Assembly (NCBI RefSeq): GCF_006345805.1
Contig: NW_021823768.1
Coordinates: 1-21,461, forward strand
Source: Octopus sinensis
Lineage: Eukaryota
Direction: 5' to 3'
Length of the DNA stretch: 21,461 nt
A program made the position numbers and the translations under genes. The notes under the pieces are model-generated. The model was not told where the DNA came from and made no database searches. It worked only from the letters and a program-made list of their open reading frames with translations. The stretch's first letter is position 1. Each line of letters starts with the position of its first letter. This document shows, in pieces, positions 1 through 9,718 of this stretch.

Positions 1-815
1 ACACACACCACACACACATACTTCAAACCATACACACACTCACACACACACATACATAAAACCACACACACGCACACAGTCGCACACACTTAAAAACTCG
101 TATACACACACACACACACACAAGGACAGCCTACGCAAACCAGAACCCACTTAGGAACACTCACATACACACAAGCACACACACACACACACATACTTCA
201 AACCATACACACACTCACACACACACATACATAAAACCACACACACGCACACACTCGCACACACTTAAAAACTCGTATACACACACACACACACACAAGG
301 ACAGCCACGCAAACAAGAACACACTTAGGAGCACTTACATACACACAAGCACCCACACGCATACTTAAAACCACACATATACACACACTTAAAACTTGTA
401 TACACACACACACACACACATACAAACACTTAAAACAACACACACTTAAAAACTCGCATATGTACACACACACACACACACACAAAGACAGCCCACACAA
501 ACGAGAAAACCCTCAGGAGGACTCACATACACACAAACACACACACATACTTAAAACCACACATACACACACTTAAAACTCGTATGCACACACACACACA
601 CACACACACAAACACAAACACATACTTAAAACTACACACATACTTAAAAACTTGTATATGCACACACATACACACACATTCAAGACAGCCTACGCCCACA
701 AGAACACTCTTAGGAGTACTCACATACACACAAGTGCACACACATACTTAAAACCACACACACACAGACACAGACACACAGACACACTTAAAGCTCGTAT
801 ACACACACACTCACA

Positions 816-870
<55 letters not shown>
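1..870. repeat. CA-rich compound minisatellite (about 175-200 bp degenerate units) ending in pure (CA)n
   Basis: Anchor GACAGCC recurs near 125, 300, 487 and 684; CATACTTCAAACC occurs at 17 and 192 (period 175). The ORFs here are repeat artefacts. Confidence 0.85.
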
Positions 871-1054
871 GCACAAGCTCCTACTCATAGGCATACATAC
901 ATCTATGGCTGCCAAATCATCAAACCACCAACACAGCATCTCCGCATGTCACGCCCTTCGTAGCACACGCACACACACTTAGAACTGCACACATACACAT
1001 TCACGCGCGCACAAACGTTCTCATAAACATGCAATACAGCCATGGCTACCACCT

Positions 1055-1330
1055 CGGATGTGTTTAGTCGAACAAATCGACCCCAATACTTATTTGGTTA
1101 TTTGTTTTATCGGACTCTTAGTCGAACCGCTTGATTACGGGCCGTGGGCTCCTAGGGCCGGTTTCCCGGATTCTGTTGCTTATATATTCCACCCCACCGG
1201 ACTGGATGCCGGCCCGTCTCAGAATTATTCAGTTTTGCCAGCTGAGGTAACTGGAACAATGTGAAATGAATTATTTTGCTCAAGAACACATCATATTGCC
1301 CCTTCAGGAATCGGAACCACAATCTTATTA
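1055..1330 (-). mobile_element. Two decayed SINE fragments
   Basis: 1055-1141 resembles 2244-2340. About 1155-1330 resembles the SINE at 19835-20087 (GCCAGCTGAG...TTTTGCTCAAGAACAC...AGGAATCGGAACCACAATCTTA). Confidence 0.7.
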
Positions 1331-1380
1331 TCATACCAAAATTGATATGATTGTTTAGTCTTGAATCTTATAGGTTTCCT

Positions 1381-2184
1381 TAACAGTAATATAGAGAGTA
1401 TATCCTGGGTGTGACATTAAACTGTATCCGATAATGACGATCTGGCTCAGGAGGTTTAGAGAATTTTGAGGAGTGAGGAAGTGAGGACCATCCTTCTAGC
1501 CACAAATGTTTCCAGATTTATAATGACCCGAAGTAGTAGTACTTGTCAGGGTCCCAGCTATAAGTCAATTAGAATGGTATGGAGGAAGCTCCAAACACAA
1601 ACCTTTACTGCTCTGTGAGTGCCTTGGGAAATGAAAAGGCTAAGAGAGTAATCCTCGACAGAAAATCAAAGAGTTTAGTCCCTCAAATGGTCCAGTGTAC
1701 TTTTTGATACTCTTCTGGCAGCTGTAGACTGGGTGGAACTCTTCAGTCCTGCAAGGCAATTCACCTAGGAAATAGCTATTCTGATGAAAAGGGTACGGCT
1801 TGCTGGTCACCGCAAGACTAAAGAGTGAGATCGGATTGCGCGGACTGACCCTCACTGGTTGAGGATCGGTTTACATAGGCACTTGAGGGCACGGCATTCT
1901 TCTGCGTGATCTTCGGACAAGAAGAAATTGTCATCATTCGGAGGGTAGAATTTGAGAATTTCAGGTATATTTTTACTGAAACACTGGTCAATAATAGTGG
2001 AATGCAAAGGAAAACACTTCTGCCTAAGCCAGAGAATCCAGTATTTCTTGTTAAATTCGGCTTCGTAGGTGACATCTGGTTTGACAAAAGTCCATAAAGA
2101 GAGCGGGAGTGTCGAGCTTCTTTTTGTTTGGGCTCTTTCGTGGAGCAGAGTACACTCATGTAAACTGACCTTTTTTACTGTCAT
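1381..2184 (-). other. Unidentified decayed coding-like sequence
   Basis: High-complexity sequence between SINEs. It has a stop-free 110-aa frame (1852-2184) and further protein-like frames broken by stops and frameshifts. No family recognised. Confidence 0.3.
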
Positions 2185-2199
2185 ATTCTTTTTCTTTCT

Positions 2200-2591
2200 T
2201 TCTTTTTACTTGTTTCAGTCATTTGACTGCGGCCATGCATGAGCACCGCATTTAGTCGAGCAAATCGACCCCAGGACTTATTCTTTGTAAGCCTAGTACT
2301 TATTCAATCGGTCTCTTTTGCCGAACCGCTAAGTTACGGAGACATGAACACACCAGCATCGGTTGTCAAGCGATTTTGGGGGGGGACAAACACAGATACA
2401 CAAACACACACACATATATATATACATATACACGACAGGCTTCCTTCAGTTTCCGTCTACCAAATCCACTCACAAGGCTTTGGTCGGCCCGAGGCTATAG
2501 TAGAAGACACTTGCCCAAAGTGCCACGCAGTGGGACTGAACTCGGAACCATGTGGTTGATAAGCAAGCTACTTACCACACAGCCACTCCTG
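2200..2591 (-). mobile_element. tRNA-derived CORE-like SINE
   Basis: Minus-strand head CAGGAGTGGCTGTGTGG (A box) ... GAGTTCAGTCCC (B box), followed by TTGGGCAAGTGTCTT (CORE-like). Partial copies at about 12398-12530, 13530-13630 and 13990-14085. Confidence 0.85.
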
Positions 2592-2884
2592 GGCCTCATG
2601 ATAGTTTATCATCACGTGACACAGTTTAGATCTGTCTCCTCTTATTGTACGAGTGACCAGAATATCTTTGACACTTATTTGTCGTCTGAACCTGATGTAA
2701 TCTGTAAGGTGCCAATGCTTTTATCTGGGATGCATCCACAAGGACTTGTGTAGCTTCCTCTGGTTCTTCTGCTGCAATATAGTATTGACAATAATAACAT
2801 GTACTACTCATGCATAGAAAGAAGAGTCATTGCATTGCTATAATTTTGTCAACATCATAGCACCCAGTCACTTAATCCTAGATA

Positions 2885-3014
2885 CAGTAATGCCTCGATA
2901 TACGAGTTAAGGTGTTCCTGGGGACCGCTCGTAAAGCTAAAACTCGTGAGCAGAAAAAAAAACTTGTAAACCCGGGCTCTCGTAAAACAGGTCCTCGTAA
3001 AGTGAAGTACTATT
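2885..3014. mobile_element. Short Tigger/pogo-like MITE relic
   Basis: TA followed by CAGTAATGCCTCGATATACGAG at the left end; degenerate CTCGTAAAGTGAAGTACTA at the right end; internal CTCGTAAA repeats. Confidence 0.45.
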
Positions 3015-3159
3015 CTATTTTATTCCTCCCTTTTTGTCAAATAAAATCACCCATTAGTATGTGTGCTTTATTTTATCGCCTCTCAGAAAGAGATCAAAGG
3101 GAAACTTCACATATAACATTTGTTTCAAATTTTGAAACAAGGCCCGTAATTTCGTGGAA

Positions 3160-3755
3160 GGAGCTAAGTCGATTAGTTCGACCTTAGTGCTCACCTGGTA
3201 CTTATTTTAACAACCCCGAAAGGATGAAAGGCAAATTCGGCCTCGGCGGTTTTTGAACACAGAACGTAAAGACAGACGAAATACCTATTTCTTTACATAC
3301 ACACAACCACACACACACATACTTAAAACCACACATACACATATACACACACTTAAAAGGGGCTAAACACAGAGAGGACAAACAAGGACAGACAAACGAA
3401 TTAAGTCGATTATATCGACCCCAGTGCGTAACTGGTACTTAATTTATCGACCCCGAAAGGATGAAAGGCAAAGTCGACCTCGGCGGAATTTGAACTCAGA
3501 ACGTTAAGACAGACGAAATACCTATTTCTTTACTACCCACAAGGGGATAAACACAGAGGAGACAAACAAGGACAGACAGACGGATTAAGTCGATTATATC
3601 GACCCCAGTGCGTAACTGGTACTTAATTTATCGACCCCGAAAGGATTAAAGGCAAAGTCGACCTCGGCAGAATTTGAACTCAGAACGTAACGGCAAACGA
3701 AATACGGCTACGCATTTCGCCTGGCGTGCTAACGTTTCTGCCAGCTAGCCGCCTT
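3160..3755 (-). mobile_element. Tandem tRNA-derived SINE units (head at 3755, repeat period 184 bp, plus an older partial unit at 3160-3297)
   Basis: Minus-strand head AAGGCGGCTAGCTGGCAGAA...GAGTTCAAAT. GTCGATTATATCGACC occurs at 3405 and 3589. The same family occurs at 17425-17700, 18561-18745 and 21300-21450. Confidence 0.9.
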
Positions 3756-3833
3756 AACCTCACATATAATATTACCATGCGAAATCATTAGAAGTCACAA
3801 GAACTAGCAAGTTCAGCGACATAATGTGTTGTC

Positions 3834-4200
3834 TTAATAATACAAAGAGTCTCTGTCCTGATTCTCAGATGGAAGAACTGTGGCATCGGTACTTATTGAC
3901 GTAATATTGTTTCTATTAGCATAGGGAGTACGAATTGACATGCAACGCTCTCTAATATTAACTGGTGTCTCAGTCAGTTTAGATAGCACACTGTTTGTCA
4001 CAACAAATCCGATGTCATGTTGCTGATATCGACCACGATGGGAACACTTAAAAAAAAGGAGGTGGCCATCACCAAGCTCGTTATAAAGATCCTCTCCATG
4101 TAGCCTGAGAACATCAATATTTACATTATAGCGCGTCATTTGACTAGTTATAGAATCTGTACGACGCTGACTTTGGCCTGTCGAGTTGCAGATATTGAGC
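3834..4200 (-). pseudogene. Decayed AP-endonuclease fragment of an RTE-type LINE
   Basis: Translation ...GHLLFFKCSHRGRYQQHDIGFVVTNSVLSKL...RERCMSIR...NITSISTDAT...DSLYY follows the RTE APE pattern HxGVGF...SERIxxIR...ITIIQVYAPT...FY. Confidence 0.75.
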
Positions 4201-4275
4201 AGGGTTTTCGGTGTAAAAGAGACAGATTCTGAGAGGAAGAGAGAGAGGAAGTGGATGTACATGTATATACATATA

Positions 4276-5499
4276 CGAGGGGCGTTCAATAAGTAATGCC
4301 CCTGACCCACTTCCCATAGCAGTAGAGCAACGACACTTGGCACAGTTATTAGTCTTTTCCTACATAGGAACTACCCAGAGTTATGCATTTCTCCCATCGT
4401 TTGATACAGCTCTGGAGACCGTTTTTGTAGAAGACCCCAGCTTGGTCCTCCAACCACGACGTGACTTCAGAAATCAAGGCTGCATCATCTGGGAACCGCT
4501 TTCCTTTCAAAATCAACTTCATGGCTGGGAAGAGGTGAAAATCAGAGGGTGTAAGGGGAGGAGTTCATAGCTGCACGCCTGTGCTTCTGATCTGGCGACA
4601 CGCGAGTTGTGGACCGGAGCGTTGTCCTGCAGGAGGAGGATGCCTTTGCTGATCTTGCCCGCCCTCTTGATTTTGATAGCTTCACTTAATTTCCTCAAAA
4701 GTGAAGCATAATAGGCTCCTGTAATTGTGGTACTCTTTGCCCAGGAAATCTGTCATCACTACTCCGTCCTGGTCCCAGAAGACTGTGAGCATAACCTTGT
4801 CAAGCGGAGGGCTGCACCCTGGCCTTCTCTGGAGAGGTGAGTTACGGTGCTTTCACTGCATTACTGGGCTTTGGTCTATGGATCATAGTGATGGACCCAG
4901 GTTTTATCCTGTTATCAGTCTTTTTGAAAAATTTTGACTCATCTTCTTGGCACATCTCCAAATTCATCCTCGAGACTCAACGCGTTCTTGCTTCTGAAAG
5001 GTGTGAGCAACCTGGAAATCCATCTGGCAGCACCTTTTGCATTGCAAATGGTCATAATGATAGTTTTCCACAGACCCGGTACTAATCTTGACCTTATGAC
5101 TATTTGGCGAATAGTTATGCGTTGACCTTCCAAAATTGCAGCCTCAACACGTCTCATCAACGGCAGAAGGGGGCGACCAGATCTGGGAGCTGTTTCCACA
5201 GAGTTCCGACTATGTTTGAATTCACATGCCAGCGGTTTTACAAGGTATTATGGGGCATCATCACCATAAGTTACTTTCATTTCATCAAAAATTTCCCGTG
5301 GTGTGCGTCCTTTCAAATACAAAAACAAGATCACTGCTCGCACTCAACAGGCTCCATTTCACACTTGACTTAATTTAAACACCTGTAAATCAGAAACCAC
5401 AATTAGTCTATAGAGGTATAAATAAGTGCACATGCAAAATTTCAGCTGGATCAAACAACTGCAAGTGGGTCAGAGGCATTACTTATTGAACGCCCCTCG
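4276..5499 (-). mobile_element. Mariner (Tc1/mariner) DNA transposon, full length, inactive
   Basis: 37-bp TIRs at 4276-4312 and 5463-5499 (CGAGGGGCGTTCAATAAGTAATGCC.CTGACCCACTT, 1 mismatch) with TA on both flanks; 1224 bp. Confidence 0.97.
4349..5357 (-). pseudogene. Mariner transposase, frameshifted
   Basis: MEPVEC..., APRSGRP, ARWISRLL, DKTWVHHYDP (DETW mutated), VMLTVFWD, LLQDNAPVH, SDFHLFP, RWEKC. The YSPDL motif is deleted and there are stops and frameshifts. Confidence 0.92.
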
Positions 5500-5526
5500 T
5501 ATATATATATATATATATAATTAATA

Positions 5527-5736
5527 TAAAACATTATTGGTGAATTGAAGAAATGGAGCTGAACGCAGATTGAACAGAAATCGTTTATTTTCATTCTACA
5601 CGTGTTTCGAAAGGCACAAATTACCAAAATCCGATTTTGGTAATTTGTGCCTTTCGAAACACGTGTAGAATGAAATAACACGATTTCTGTTCAATCTGCG
5701 TTCACTCCATTTCTTCAATTCACCAATAATGTTTTA
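5527..5736. repeat. 210-bp near-perfect palindrome centred at 5632
   Basis: About 105-bp arms match as reverse complements except for two small differences; the surrounding element is flanked by (TA)n on both sides. Confidence 0.95.
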
Positions 5737-6051
5737 ATTTCAATTATCCGCACCAACGCACGGTTGCAACGCCAGATGGTTGTACCTCCAACCGTGCTGT
5801 TTACTGCTGTGATTTTTGCTACTAGGTATCGGTTAAACTTTTGATTATCTACTACAAGATTATCATCTTTCTATTTTCACATAATAATAATAATATATTA
5901 GTATATATATATATATATATATCTATATATATATATATATTAATATATATATATATAACGGGAAGCTTTATGAAAATAGACAAAACGAAGGCAGGTGGAA
6001 ACAAACGACAATTGTATTAGTATGGCGCTCAGGAAATATAAATAAAACAAG

Positions 6052-6090
6052 TCTTTTAACGTTTCGAGCCTACGCTCTTCAACAGAAAGA
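6052..6090 (-). ncRNA. Degenerate minimal type I hammerhead ribozyme motif
   Basis: Minus strand: TCTTT-CTGTTGA-A-GAGC(GTAG)GCTC-GAAACGTTA-AAAGA. Stems I and II are present; the core is CUGUUGA rather than CUGANGA. Confidence 0.55.
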
Positions 6091-6271
6091 TACACAGAGA
6101 GAAAAAAAACACAGAAAGAAGGAGTGAAAAAAAATGCGTGCAGTAGCTAACGAATCAACATGGCGATCTGATTTCGGCCAGAGGTCAAATCAAACATGAG
6201 ACGCGAGAGCGAAATAGGGGGAGATAATAGGGTGGATAATAGGGTTTGATAATAGGGTTGAAGGACCACTA

Positions 6272-6595
6272 ATAGTGCGTAGGAGGGGTTGGACGTGTGT
6301 ATGTATAGGGTTGGTGTATGTATTAGTATGTATAAGGTGTGTGTGTGTGTGTGTGTGTGTATGAAGAGTATTAGTGCGTAGGAGGTCTGGACGTGCCGTA
6401 TGTATGGGGTTGGTGTATGTATTAGTATGTATTAGTAATTATTAGTACTTTAGTATGTATAAGTGTGTGTGTGTGTATGAGAGAGTATAAGTGCGTATGA
6501 GGGGTCTGGACGTGTGTATGTATAGGGTTGGTGTATGTATTAGTATGTATTAGTACGTATTAGTATGTATTAGTTGGTGTATGCATTAGTATGGC
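6272..6595. repeat. Three degenerate 100-120 bp tandem units in the PLE 3' region
   Basis: AGTGCGTA.GAGG..TGGACGTG..GTATGTAT.GGGTTGGTGTATGTATTAGT recurs near 6273, 6373 and 6490. Confidence 0.8.
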
Positions 6596-6999
6596 CATCA
6601 TATATGATGTGATGTGTAAAGTTCGTGTGTGTAAGTGAGGAGAAGAGGAGGGAGAAGGGAGGGGAAGAAGAGGGGAGGAGAGGGGGGAAGAGGAGGGGGA
6701 GGAGGGGAGAGAGGGGGGGAGGAGGGGGCGGAGGGAGGAGGGGTAGGAAGGAGGAAATCAGGATAGAGGTGCAGAGAGGAGGGGAGTGAGGGATTGAGTA
6801 TCAGAGGCGAAGGGAAGAGGGGAATGGGGGGATGGAGGTAGAACGAGGAAGAAGGGAAGTGGAGTAGGGGTGAAAGATGAAGTCTGAGAAGTAGGGGTCT
6901 GGGGGAGAAAGATCGGTGAGGAGGGGGTGATGTTAGATGAGGAGGGGGGGATAGTGTGATACCAAATGGCGTATAAGAGCGAAGAGAGAAGATTAATTC

Positions 7000-7245
7000 C
7001 TGTTCACGGCCGCAAACGGGAAATCCGGATGGCCTCTGTGTAAGGACAAACCGAACACAGATAGGTATTGCAAGGAGTGACCGGTGGAGCGGAAATGGGT
7101 GAGATACCGTGTGTCGTTTCGCAAGGTGGATGTCACGAAGGTGTTCCGCGAACCGGTCAGCCAAGCGGCGTCCCGTTTGTCCGATGTACAAGGAATTGCA
7201 GAGAGAGCAAGAGATGCAATAGATAATATTGCTGGAGGTGCAAGG
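7000..7245 (-). pseudogene. PLE GIY-YIG endonuclease domain (disrupted)
   Basis: NIIYCISCSLCNSLYIGQTGRRLADRFAEHLRDI (7230 down to about 7130), later REQELIFSLRS. Confidence 0.92.
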
Positions 7246-7599
7246 TGAAGGAGTGGATGATGGGATAGGGTCGATGGTGGGTGTGAGTGAAGCGATGGTG
7301 TTGGAAGGTTAGGGAAGTGCGGCAACGTGGGCGGAGCAGGGGAACGAGCCGGGTTGGGAGGTAGGGTCAGGGAAGGAGCTATGGACCAAAGGTCTCGAAG
7401 GTTGTGGGCTCGTTTGAAAGAGGGGAGGGGTCGGTTAGGGAAGAGGTGTGAAAGTGGACGGTTCGGACTGGATGACGGAAAGTCTCGAAGAATGGTGCGT
7501 TGGAGACGTAGGGTCGTGGGTGGTAAGTGAAGGGAAAATGAGGCGGGGAGACTACAGGGCGGGTTCGGGAGAGAGAGCAGATACACGGTCCACGGACCG

Positions 7600-8860
7600 T
7601 GCCTCTGCCAAGGGCGGTGTGGATTGTGGTGAGGGGTATCCACGTAGGGTGAAGTGGTGATCCCATACGTTGAGACTGATGTCTCAAAGTCATGGTCGTC
7701 ACTACAGAGCCTACGTAGACGGAGGAATTGGGAATAGGGGATGGAAGCTTTTGTTGTTCTGGGGGTGGGATGGAAAAGTTTGAGGTATAAGTGTGAGTCT
7801 GTGTGTTTGTAATGAATGGAGGTGGTAAGAGTGGAGTGAAAATGCTAACCGAACTGTCGAGGAGGAGACAGAGGTTGTTGGAGATAGTGGAAGTGAAGTG
7901 GAGGGCTGGATGGAAAGATTGGACGAAAGAGAGGAAGGAACTCTAGATGTTCACGGGAGAGTGAGGTGGCACCGATAATGTCGTCGATGTAACGACCAAT
8001 ATAGTTCAGGATTGGGACACAGTGGAATTAGAGAATATTTGGGGCCTCAACATAGCCAACGAACAGGTTCGCATAGTTGGGGCCCATTCGCGTTCCAATG
8101 GCCACTCCCGAGACCTGATGGTAGAACTCGCCCGCGAACGAGAGAAGTTCAGAGTAAGGAAAGTCACCAGCCAGACGAATGAGTGTAGAGGTGTCAGGTA
8201 CAGGGTTAGAGCGGAGGTCAAGAAAGTGTCGAAGGGCCTGCAGTCCTTCGTGGTGAGGGATAACAGTATAGAGGCTTTGGGATGTCCATAGTAAAAAGGA
8301 TTTGGAGGAACGGGAGGAAAGGAGAAAGAGTTGAAAAGCCGGAGAGCATGTTGGTATCGTGGATGTGGGAGAAGAGATGCCATAGGGGGGCAAGGACACG
8401 GTCGAGGTATTTAGAGATGAGCTCCGTGGGCAGTTTACAGGCGGAGACGATGGGGCGGCCAGGGTTGTTGGTTTGTGGATTTTGGGGAGGAAGTAAATGG
8501 TGGGGTACGTGGGGTTCGCACATTTAGGTTTGGATGCGGTGCGGGGGAGACGGGGAGGACGAGATGAGGTCGTGGACAGTATAGAGGACCGTCTGTTGGT
8601 AGCTACGTGTGGGGTTTAGAGGGCAGAGGGGAAATAGAAGGAGGTGTCATTGAGTTGGCGAAAGCCTCGGCCCTATAGAGGTCCGCGCGCCACACCACTA
8701 CAGCTCCACCCTTGTCAGCCGGTTTTTGATGATAATGTCCGCGCCGTTGGAGGGAACGAAGAGCCAAGAGCTCAGCCGGGGAGATGTTGAGGCGGCGTTG
8801 GCGCCTGGAGAAGTTTGAACCGCTCCAATGCACGCTGACAAGCGCCCGCGAAAGATCCAC
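7600..8860 (-). pseudogene. PLE reverse transcriptase (disrupted)
   Basis: KPADKGGAVVVW (about 8690-8725), PGRPIVS, FTMDI, SLYTVIPH, GVAIGTRMGPNYANLFVGYVE, RYIDDI (7977-7994), LRLRRLCSDD, RGYP. Confidence 0.93.
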
Positions 8861-9123
8861 TGCTAGGATCTGGCCAGGGGCAGGCGTCCACATATATATA
8901 TATATTATATATATATATATATGAGTGTTTATGTGTGTGTGAGGAAGTATGAATAAGTAATGTGTTTACACACACCCACAAACATAACCATATACACACT
9001 CACACATACATATACATACGTACAAAACTCGATACAAACAATCTTTAATAAAACGACCATGATAAACGAAAACTCAATATATATATATATTTTTAAAATA
9101 TTGAATATTTTTAGATCGAAAAT

Positions 9124-9167
9124 CCACCTGAAGAATGTCAGTAGAAGACAGGAAACAATTGTAGTGG
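9124..9167 (+). ncRNA. Minimal type I hammerhead ribozyme motif (imperfect stem II base)
   Basis: CCAC-CTGAAGA-A-TGTC(AGTAGAA)GACA-G-GAA-ACAATTGT-A-GTGG; predicted GUA cleavage after 9163. Confidence 0.65.
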
Positions 9168-9285
9168 CGGTTTATTTAATTTATATTAAAATTATTATTG
9201 ATTAGTCTTTCCTTGTTTGATTTTAAAATAGTGGTTTTGTCTCGAATTATATTATATATATATATATTCTATATATAATATATAT

Positions 9286-9697
9286 AAACTACAGTAGCAT
9301 CCACCCTTAGGGGTTAGCCATTTGAAATGGCAAAAATACGTCACGATGTGTTACCGCTACTGTATATAACTAACTTTGATATTTATCATTGTTTGATTTA
9401 ACTTTTTCAATATCAGCGACAGTGGACGCTGGAAAAAGTATAAGTATTTGTGAAGGAAATCTAATTCTCGGCGACAACTATGATGTCACACGCTGACGAG
9501 AGGTCAATACCTCGAAACTCGAGTCCGTGTGTATCATAGTTGAAGACGGAAGGATGACTTCCCTTTGCAAATACTGACAGGACACAGAAAGTGTGTCTAT
9601 GGCCAGCTGGAGTGAGTGTGTCCTCCTGGGGCTAAAAACTACAGTAGCATCCACCCTTAGGGGTTAGCCATATTGAAATGGCAAAAATACTCACGAT
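9286..9697 (+). mobile_element. Retrozyme-like element A: 350-bp monomer plus 62-bp terminal redundancy, inside (TA)n
   Basis: 9286-9347 is repeated at 9636-9697 (period 350); central intact hammerhead; no ORF. Confidence 0.8.
9475..9542 (+). ncRNA. Intact type I hammerhead ribozyme
   Basis: CACACG(9487-92)-CTGACGA(9493-99)-GAGGT(CAAT)ACCTC-GAA-ACTCGAGT-C(9525)-CGTGTG(9526-31). Stem I is extended past a 1-nt bulge by CAACTATGATG/TATCATAGTTG. Predicted GUC cleavage after 9525. Confidence 0.93.
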
Positions 9698-9718
9698 ATA
9701 TATATATATATATATATA

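Larger units (their letters stand above)
5958..8891 (-). mobile_element. Penelope-like retroelement (PLE), 5'-truncated and frameshifted, inserted in (TA)n
   Basis: RT motifs followed by a GIY-YIG endonuclease, a low-complexity 3' region, and a hammerhead-like motif near the 3' end; (TA)n on both flanks. Confidence 0.93.

Noticed and set aside
198-963. ORFs rich in CV/HT dipeptides (also 13034-13276, 14398-14731, 10678-11022)
   Set aside because: They are translations of (CA)n, (TG)n and (CT)n repeats.
1781-1787. CTGATGA (also CTGAAGA near 19652)
   Set aside because: No downstream stem II and GAAA.
2600-2880. Possible coding relic
   Set aside because: No recognisable motif in any frame.
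3357-3755. Repeat-spacer (CRISPR-like) reading of the tandem units
   Set aside because: The units are whole 184-bp SINE segments with no unique spacers, in eukaryotic DNA.
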